Shown: piece by piece, positions 18,217-25,237 of the stretch
Layout: every line of letters starts with the position of its first letter
How positions within the stretch are numbered: the first letter of the stretch is position 1
DNA from: Promethearchaeota archaeon
GTDB taxonomy: Archaea > Asgardarchaeota > Lokiarchaeia > Sigyniarchaeales > SOKP01
Assembly: GCA_016926735.1 (NCBI GenBank)
Contig: JAFGOA010000097.1
Span: forward strand, 1 to 25,237
DNA: 25,237 bases
Reading direction: 5' to 3'
Position numbers and translations under genes: made by a program
Notes under the pieces: model-generated
Database searches by the model: none
What the model was told of the DNA's origin: nothing
The model's input: only the letters and a program-made list of their open reading frames with translations

Positions 18217-20274
18217 TTAATCTTTTAGTCTCTTTCTGAGACTATTACCAACGTATATGGTTTGCGAAATAATCATAATCATAATTATAATCTCAATACC
18301 ATTCCAAGGAATCCCCTTTTTTTCTGATGGAGTTGTTTTAAGAACTATAACTTGACATGAATCAGTATATCCATTTGTTTGGTTCATGTAAAAGGTGATA
18401 ATAACTTCTCCATCTGTTAATGCAATCCAAGCTACTGAATCAATTGTTCCATTATTTAAAAAGAAATATTTTGTTGGATTTGCACCCAAAGTATACCACA
18501 TCTTATCTAAATAAGTATTGTTTACCCAGACGATAAAATCTGGAGGTTCAGTAAATTGTTGATGGTAGGTTGGACTTGATAGTGTAATATTTCTAATTGT
18601 GATATCTTTTATTAATTGTACTGAATCGGATGCAATCATCCCTTTAGTATCATTTACATAAAAAGTAATTATAATGGATTCATTTCCAAATGTTTTCCAA
18701 GTATCTTGATCTATTATTCCATTAGTATTGAATATAGTAAATTTCTCGGAATTATAATTAAAAGTATACCACATGGTATCTGCAATACCTTCATAAACAG
18801 AAATTTCATAATCAGGAGCAGTTCTTGTGCAAATTTGATTATTACTTGGAGTAACAATATTCATCTTTGGCGGATCCCAAAAAATTGGTTTATAATCATA
18901 ACCTGAAGGATATACTACATAAGGTGTATCTCCAATTCCATCATCATTAGTATCTTTTCCACTGTATTTTGACCATTTGTTTCCTATAACAGAATTATTC
19001 CAAGAATTATGAAAACCATTTTCATCCCAACATGGCCAACTTGTTTGAAATGTATTATTATATATTAAAGTATAATTAGAATATAAAACATCAATCGAAC
19101 CATCCCATTGATTAATATTATCTGTTATTATATTTTCATATACTAATGTATTATTGCAATCATTAATACCCATTCCATAAATAGGCATATTCTCCATGAA
19201 ATTACCTCTAATAACAGAGTCAAAACAATATTCAAGACCAATTCCATCTCCAGGACATTCTTTGATTATATTATTAAAAATACTTGTATTAATACCAAAC
19301 TCGATTTCAATTCCATCTGCATAAGTGGCAGTTCCTCTCAAAATTGTATTACTATCTATAATATTATGATCACAATATTCACTTGCTCCAATTCCCGCAT
19401 ATTTATTATTATCAATTTTATTTCCATAAAGGGAATTATAAAGAGCATAAGAATATAATGATATTCCTGTTTGTTGATTCTCATTACTAGTATTATTAAA
19501 TAATCGATTAAAACTACTATTAGATCTCACAGATATACCATGACCATGATTATTTATAACGCTATTGTTAAAAACAAAGTTGTGATTGCAATTATGTATA
19601 CTAATACCTTCATGATTTGTACTGTATGAAGCAGTATTGTTCATAATTATATTATCTTCACAAGGTTCATTGAAATCATAAAAACCACCACCGCCAAACA
19701 ATTCAATATTTGCCCTATAATTGTTATTTATAGTATTATTTACGATTAAATTATCATTACAATCACATACTAAAATTATTCCTCTTCCATTATTATTTGA
19801 ACAATCACATCCGATAATTTTACCATTTTGAACATTGTATAAAAAAATCCCTGCGCCATATGAAGAAAGATCCAGTATTGGTTGATACTCACCACTATTG
19901 AATAGAGTGCAATTTTTTATAACAAAATATACTGATGAGTTCATGATTGTAATACATGATCTTGAATTTTGACCATTGATAGTGATATTTTCAATTACAT
20001 ATGGTTCCAATAGTGTACCATTTCCACTACACCAAGGTTGATTTTTAGCCCATGTCCAATTATGAGCATCTATTCCAGATGCATCCCCAATTATTTCAAT
20101 TCCAGCTAAACTCCAAAAACCAGATATTTTTATCTCAAGCTCTGGATCTCCATTATTTTTATTGGGAATTACTGTATTTTGAATATTTCCAAACAGAATT
20201 ATAAGTAATGTCGAAATTAATAAAAGCGCTGGTATAAAAAAAAAATCTTCTTTTTTTTTATTTTTTTTTACCAT
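18217..20274 (-). CDS. Secreted/surface protein: right-handed beta-helix (NosD/PbH1) repeats, two Ig-like repeats and a C-terminal anchor
   Basis: Basic + hydrophobic N-terminus, WCSGNGT..PYVIENITI cap, many N.I.NN...GI repeats, GNKWS.Y.G.D...DGIGDTPY NosD end, two P...MWYT...ITFY.N repeats, hydrophobic + basic C-tail. Confidence 0.85.
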   Translation of the reverse strand: MVKKNKKKEDFFFIPALLLISTLLIILFGNIQNTVIPNKNNGDPELEIKISGFWSLAGIEIIGDASGIDAHNWTWAKNQPWCSGNGTLLEPYVIENITINGQNSRSCITIMNSSVYFVIKNCTLFNSGEYQPILDLSSYGAGIFLYNVQNGKIIGCDCSNNNGRGIILVCDCNDNLIVNNTINNNYRANIELFGGGGFYDFNEPCEDNIIMNNTASYSTNHEGISIHNCNHNFVFNNSVINNHGHGISVRSNSSFNRLFNNTSNENQQTGISLYSYALYNSLYGNKIDNNKYAGIGASEYCDHNIIDSNTILRGTATYADGIEIEFGINTSIFNNIIKECPGDGIGLEYCFDSVIRGNFMENMPIYGMGINDCNNTLVYENIITDNINQWDGSIDVLYSNYTLIYNNTFQTSWPCWDENGFHNSWNNSVIGNKWSKYSGKDTNDDGIGDTPYVVYPSGYDYKPIFWDPPKMNIVTPSNNQICTRTAPDYEISVYEGIADTMWYTFNYNSEKFTIFNTNGIIDQDTWKTFGNESIIITFYVNDTKGMIASDSVQLIKDITIRNITLSSPTYHQQFTEPPDFIVWVNNTYLDKMWYTLGANPTKYFFLNNGTIDSVAWIALTDGEVIITFYMNQTNGYTDSCQVIVLKTTPSEKKGIPWNGIEIIIMIMIISQTIYVGNSLRKRLKD

Positions 20275-20382
20275 AGATGCAAAATTGTATGATTTTATTA
20301 AAAGTTTTTTTAAAGTTATAATCTCAGATATAAATAAAGAGGTAATAAAAGGAGATTGAATTGATTATATTTTATTTAAAAG

Positions 20383-21255
20383 TTAATTTTGCTTCCAGTA
20401 TTCAAAATTAATATTTTCTGAATGTTTTAAAAAAGATCCATCTCTAAATTCTTTAAAAGCGATTTCCAACTCTTTTTGAGTGTTCATAACAATTGGACCG
20501 TACCATGCAACTGGCTCTTCTATTGGATTACCAGAAACTAATAAAAATCTCATACATTCTTCTGAATGGATTGTTATATCCTCGCCTTTATCATATAATA
20601 TTAATTGTCCGGATTGTTTAAAAGCATCTTTATCTTCATCAAAATATCCAGTTCCATCATAGATGTACGCAAAAACAGTATGATTTTGAGGAAAAGAGTG
20701 GGAAAATTCTGAATTGGCTGTTAATGCGATATCGTAATATTGAGGTTCCGTGATAATATCTTGAACAGGCCCCCTAACTCCTTTATACTCTCCACATACA
20801 ATCTTTATAATAGCTCCTTTATCCTTTACCGTAGGTATCATAGTTGCTGTAATATCTCTATACCTTGGAACCATCATTTTATGGGTTGAGGGTAAATTTG
20901 CCCATAGTTGAAATCCCATCATCATACTCTCTGATTTTTGAGGCATTTCTTGATGGATTATCCCAGATCCTGCAGTCATCCATTGAATATCTCCACTTTT
21001 GATTATACCACCATTACCCAAACTATCTCCATGCTCTAATTTTCCAGAAATCATATAAGTAATTGTTTCGATTCCACGATGAGGATGCCAAGGGAACCCA
21101 GCCAAATAATCGTTTGGATTATTCGAGCCAAAATGATCTAATAACAAGAAAGGATCTAATAAAGGAACCTCATTATATCCAAATACGCGTTTTAATTTTA
21201 CACCCGCTCCTTCTATTGTAGATCGTGCTTGAAGGATCATCTTAACTTTTCTCAT
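20383..21255 (-). CDS. Pirin-family bicupin; probable start ATG 21255
   Basis: EGAGV, DPFLLLD, GFPWHPHRGIETITY, QWMTAGSGIIHQE, FQLWANLP, GPIVMNT. Confidence 0.95.
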   Translation of the reverse strand: MRKVKMILQARSTIEGAGVKLKRVFGYNEVPLLDPFLLLDHFGSNNPNDYLAGFPWHPHRGIETITYMISGKLEHGDSLGNGGIIKSGDIQWMTAGSGIIHQEMPQKSESMMMGFQLWANLPSTHKMMVPRYRDITATMIPTVKDKGAIIKIVCGEYKGVRGPVQDIITEPQYYDIALTANSEFSHSFPQNHTVFAYIYDGTGYFDEDKDAFKQSGQLILYDKGEDITIHSEECMRFLLVSGNPIEEPVAWYGPIVMNTQKELEIAFKEFRDGSFLKHSENINFEYWKQN

Positions 21256-21620
21256 TATATATTCTCTAATATTCTCATGTAATATTCTCATGATTAAAAA
21301 TGATAGTTAATATGATAAAGATGTGGTTTATATTTTAAAAGACAATATATCTTTTTTTTAAAATAGTTTTGGAAATGTGGTCTCAATATAACCTTGTATT
21401 TAAATATAAAATTCCTATTGAAACATTAAAATTATCAAAATTATAAATTTAATCTTATTATTTTTTGACTATTTTAGTATCTTTATTATTACTATAAATT
21501 AATTCAAATGTTAGACCTCAAACCTTTTTACATAGAAAATATTAATTTCGTTAAGATATTAAATTTTAATTAAAAAAATGTTCAATCTTTTTGGGTGAAA
21601 TATAACTGAAAATTAAAAGA

Positions 21621-24600
21621 ATGCTATATGTTATATTTATTTTCACTATACTTTTTTGTAATACAAGTATCCAATTTATATCAAATCTAAATATATCACG
21701 AAAAGTTAACCAATATAACATATCTATAAGCAGTAGTTCACAGAGTTTATCAAATTCTACTGTTATTTCAGATCAGATAATATTACAATATTTAAATCAT
21801 GCTGACAGTTTTGATTCTGATATTATTGTAGATGATGATGGTGTTGTTCATGTGGTTTGGGCAGACGAATATTATGATCCTATTTATGTAAAAGCCTCAG
21901 ATATAATGTATCGTAATTACACTGCTGAGGCGGGATGGTCTGATTATATTAGAGTCTCTCAAGAATATTATTGGGATGACTCCTTCAATCCTGATATGAC
22001 AATCGATAATAATGGTAAAATTCATATTGTATGGGAACAAGAAACTGATGATCCTAATGATAATGAAATAATATATGCTTATTATACTCCAGAACAAGGA
22101 TGGTCTAATGGAACTGTTATCTCAGATGGATATCAAGACGTTTTTTGGAATAATGGGAATAGTATGAATCCTGAGATATCAATTGATTCATATGATAATC
22201 TTTATGTAGTTTGGGAGGATGAATCAGATGGACCTTGGAAATATGATTCTTTTGATTCAGAAATTATGTATGTATCATATACAGAAGGTACAGGATGGTC
22301 TAATGTTACTGTTCTTTCAGATAATCATCAAGGTGGATATTCAAGTAATAGCGAATGTTTTGATTGTGATATTACAGTTGATAGCAATGATATTGTCCAT
22401 GTAGTATGGTCTCATAGTCCTACTGATGGCATTAATAATGAGAATATATATTATACTAATTATTCTTCTTCATTCGGATGGTCAAATATTATCGATGTTT
22501 CAAATACAGCAGATAGAAGTATCATACCTAAAATTGAGGCTGATAATATTGGAGCTATCCATCTAGTTTGGCATGATCTTACAGATGGTCCATGGGGAGT
22601 TAATCAAGCACATATATTGTATCGAAATTATACGATTGCAAATGGATGGTCTCCCATAAAAATTGCTTCTGATGGATATCAAGGAGTATACTGGAATGAA
22701 GGTGCTATTCATCCTGATTTAGCAGTAGACAATAATAATGATCTTCATTTAACATGGACAGATCTTACTGACGGTCCATGGGGATCTAATCCAGAGATAA
22801 TGTATGCTCATTTTTCTACTAAACAAGGTTGGTCAAATGCAACTCTTATATCAGATGGATTTCAAGGACTCTATTGGAATACAGGATATAATGAAGAATC
22901 TGCAATAGCAGTTGATAATAATGGAGGTATACATATTATATGGGAGGATAACCCTATGGATAACAATGCTGTATGGAGTTCGAACTATGAAAGAGATATT
23001 CTCTACATAAACTATACCTCTGTATATGAATGGTCTAATATATCTGTTATTTCTGATGGATTTTATGAATATTGGAATCATGATACAAGTTATCATCCAG
23101 ATATAACAATAGGTCCTGATGGAACAATTCATATGGTTTGGGAAGATGCTACGAATGGTGCTTGGGGAAGTGACACAGAAATTATGTATGTAAATTATAG
23201 TATAAATCAGGGTTGGTCGGATATAGTAGTGATATCAGATGGATTTCAAGGAGTGTATTGGAATAATCAATATGATAATGATCCAAAAATCGCTGTAGAT
23301 ATTAATGGAATCATACATGTTGTATGGGAAGGGGCTACAGACGGACCTTGGGGAAGTGATACAGAAATTATGTATGTAAATTATAGCATAAATCAAGGTT
23401 GGTCTAATGTAACTGTTATTTCTGACGGATATCAAGGATTCAATTGGAATAAAGGAGCAAGTTGGTCACCGGATATTACAGTCGAAGATAATGGAAATAT
23501 ACATATAGTTTGGCAGGATTATACACCAGGACCATGGGGTTCTTATAGTGAAATTATGTATGTAAAATATAGCATAAATCAGGGTTGGTCTAATATAACT
23601 GTTATTTCTGACGGATATCAAGGAGTTTATTGGAATAATTATTATTGTTATACTCCAAAAATAGATGTAGATATTAGTGGAATCATACATGTTGTATGGG
23701 AAGATCATACTAACATATATCATGGTTATGATCAAGGTATTATGTATGTATCATATACAGAAGGAACAGGATGGTCTAATGCTTCAATTATTTCAAAAGA
23801 ATATGAAAATGAACCTTCTTCTTTTGGATATCTTAGTAATCCAGATTTAGTTGTGAGTCATGATGGTGATATCCATGTCGTGTGGGAGGATTGTTCTTAT
23901 GGTATTTGGGGAACTGATAAAGAAATTATGTATAAGTACTATGACCATATTGACGGTTGGTCACCTATTAAATTAGTTTCTGATGGTTATAAAGATGTAT
24001 ATTGGAATAATGATGATAGTTTTAATCCCATTATTGCATTAGATAATAATGGAGATGTTCATATTGCATGGCAAGACAGTTCTGATGGTATTTGGAGACA
24101 AAATGTTGCAGATTCAGAAATAATGTATACTAAAATATTAAAGGATTATGGTATTCTTAATATAACTGTTATATCAGATGGTTATATGGGATTTTACTGG
24201 AATACTGAAAGTTCGGGTGACCCTGCAATTGCGGTAAATAACACTGGAGGTATTCATATTGTTTGGAATGACTATACCGATGGTGATTGGGGTACAGATA
24301 CTGAGATTTTTTACACTTCATTTTCAAGTAATGAAATAATAATTCCATTTGAATTAAGCACTACAGCAACATCTCCTGAAGATGATGATGGAGAGTTTTC
24401 ATTACAATGGTCAAATTTACCTGATTTTAATAATTATACTGTGTATCAATCAGAGAGTTTTATCTCTGAAATTAATGGAAGTCAAACAAATATTGCCAAT
24501 GAACTCAGCGATACATCTATAGATTTATCAATATATGACAATGGAACCTATTACTTCATAATCGAAGCAAAGAATAATTATGAAAGCCGATTATCAAATT

Positions 24601-25237
24601 GTATTTCGGTTACGGTTAATATTCCGCCTCCAGAACCCCCACAAGAATTTACTCTGTCTACTGACGCAGGAAATCCATATGATGATGATGGAGATTTTAC
24701 ACTACAATGGGAAGTATCAATAGGAGCAGATAATTATACAGTCTATCAGTCTGATAGTTATATAACTGAAATTGATGGTAATCAGATCATTTTAGCAACA
24801 GAAATTCAAGATAGGATATTAGATTTATCTGATTATGACACAAACACATATTACTTTATAATACTAGCAAAAAACGAAATTGGAGAGACATTATCCAATT
24901 GTATAGAGATTGATGTAGATCTTAATCCACAGACAATACCAGAACCATTTGAGCTATCCACTACAGCTACATACCCCTGGGATAATGATGGAAATTTTAC
25001 ATTAGAATGGACAGAGTCGATTGGAGCAGATAATTATACGGTATACCAGTCAGATAGCTATATAACAGTAATTGATGGAAATCAAATCATTTTAGCAACA
25101 GAAATTCAAGATAGAGTGTTAGATTTATCTAATTATGCGAATGGAACGTATTATTTTATTGTAAGTGCACAAAACGAAGTTGGTATTCAATTATCAAATT
25201 GTATTGTTGTAATTGTTTTTATTTCAGATATAAATCC
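21621..25237 (+). CDS. Large secreted repeat protein (>1200 aa, open at window edge): 14 beta-propeller-like repeats plus at least 3 FN3-like domains
   Basis: Read manually: no stop in frame from ATG 21621 (or CTG 21606) to the end. Hydrophobic N-terminus MLYVIFIFTILFC. Absent from the ORF track, presumably because it has no stop within the window. Confidence 0.9.
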   Translation, partial: MLYVIFIFTILFCNTSIQFISNLNISRKVNQYNISISSSSQSLSNSTVISDQIILQYLNHADSFDSDIIVDDDGVVHVVWADEYYDPIYVKASDIMYRNYTAEAGWSDYIRVSQEYYWDDSFNPDMTIDNNGKIHIVWEQETDDPNDNEIIYAYYTPEQGWSNGTVISDGYQDVFWNNGNSMNPEISIDSYDNLYVVWEDESDGPWKYDSFDSEIMYVSYTEGTGWSNVTVLSDNHQGGYSSNSECFDCDITVDSNDIVHVVWSHSPTDGINNENIYYTNYSSSFGWSNIIDVSNTADRSIIPKIEADNIGAIHLVWHDLTDGPWGVNQAHILYRNYTIANGWSPIKIASDGYQGVYWNEGAIHPDLAVDNNNDLHLTWTDLTDGPWGSNPEIMYAHFSTKQGWSNATLISDGFQGLYWNTGYNEESAIAVDNNGGIHIIWEDNPMDNNAVWSSNYERDILYINYTSVYEWSNISVISDGFYEYWNHDTSYHPDITIGPDGTIHMVWEDATNGAWGSDTEIMYVNYSINQGWSDIVVISDGFQGVYWNNQYDNDPKIAVDINGIIHVVWEGATDGPWGSDTEIMYVNYSINQGWSNVTVISDGYQGFNWNKGASWSPDITVEDNGNIHIVWQDYTPGPWGSYSEIMYVKYSINQGWSNITVISDGYQGVYWNNYYCYTPKIDVDISGIIHVVWEDHTNIYHGYDQGIMYVSYTEGTGWSNASIISKEYENEPSSFGYLSNPDLVVSHDGDIHVVWEDCSYGIWGTDKEIMYKYYDHIDGWSPIKLVSDGYKDVYWNNDDSFNPIIALDNNGDVHIAWQDSSDGIWRQNVADSEIMYTKILKDYGILNITVISDGYMGFYWNTESSGDPAIAVNNTGGIHIVWNDYTDGDWGTDTEIFYTSFSSNEIIIPFELSTTATSPEDDDGEFSLQWSNLPDFNNYTVYQSESFISEINGSQTNIANELSDTSIDLSIYDNGTYYFIIEAKNNYESRLSNCISVTVNIPPPEPPQEFTLSTDAGNPYDDDGDFTLQWEVSIGADNYTVYQSDSYITEIDGNQIILATEIQDRILDLSDYDTNTYYFIILAKNEIGETLSNCIEIDVDLNPQTIPEPFELSTTATYPWDNDGNFTLEWTESIGADNYTVYQSDSYITVIDGNQIILATEIQDRVLDLSNYANGTYYFIVSAQNEVGIQLSNCIVVIVFISDIN
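21750..24330 (+). repeat. 14 tandem ~62-aa repeats (consensus P.I.VD.NG.IH(V/I)VWED...G.WG.D.EIMY..Y....GWSN.TVISDGY.G.YWN)
   Basis: H-x-x-W cores near 21847, 22023, 22203 (Y variant), 22398, 22560, 22746, 22932, 23130, 23316, 23502, 23688, 23874, 24060, 24255. Exact 186-bp spacing from repeat 8 to 13. Confidence 0.9.
24345..25237 (+). repeat. Three 100-aa FN3-like repeats at 300-bp period
   Basis: Units start at 24345, 24645 and 24945: F.LST.A..P.D.DG.F.L.W......NYTVYQS...TYYFI..A.N....LSNCI. Confidence 0.85.

Noticed and set aside
21292-21590. TATA/BRE promoters in AT-rich intergenic regions (also 6170-6445, 8219-8401, 15148-15407)
   Set aside because: Too many TATA-like words at this AT content to assign specific sites by eye.
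21578-21598. ATG at 21578 as start of the giant ORF
   Set aside because: Different frame; it stops at TGA after six codons.
568-23735. Short ORFs antisense to or nested in long genes (e.g. 568-816, 1011-1223, 2876-4713 set, 6877-7245, 7766-8002, 8996-9205, 11784-11975, 16283-16609, 17356-17861, 18706-18906, 20480-20662, 21897-23735 set)
   Set aside because: Shadow frames of well-supported genes, with no recognisable motifs. The repeated-looking minus ORFs at 21897-23735 simply mirror the propeller repeats.
22263-25137. DGR template/variable repeat pair or CRISPR array
   Set aside because: The repeats are in-frame coding units, mismatches are not adenine-specific, no reverse transcriptase or cas gene is present, and there is no repeat-spacer pattern.

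Overview
AT-rich archaeal window whose gene content strongly suggests an Asgard archaeon, probably Lokiarchaeia/Promethearchaeota (inference: eukaryote-like STT3/AglB, Arf/Rab-like GTPase, Loki-style LRR, beta-helix and FN3 surface proteins). The left half (1-13005) is core housekeeping: uvrB, a long aglB, truA, rfcS, eno, a METTL5-like methylase, and a csl4 / DUF2067-like / rpoL / RNase III-like / DUF99 cluster. The right half (13011-end) is signalling and cell-surface: a small GTPase, a multi-TM histidine kinase broken by one in-frame TAA, a soluble LRR-TIR-coiled-coil protein, a Dph6-like ATPase, a beta-helix surface protein, pirin, and a >1200-aa ORF missing from the ORF track (14 propeller-like repeats plus at least 3 FN3-like repeats) that runs off the right edge. 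The best candidate for an undescribed system is the LRR-TIR-coiled-coil protein, which keeps the putative NADase glutamate. Also notable: an RpoL with an acidic AC19-like N-terminal tail, four Ig-like repeats appended to AglB, and a chain of hairpins at the left edge. No tRNA, rRNA, CRISPR array or transposase was seen. All family calls are by eye from motifs; no database searches were run.
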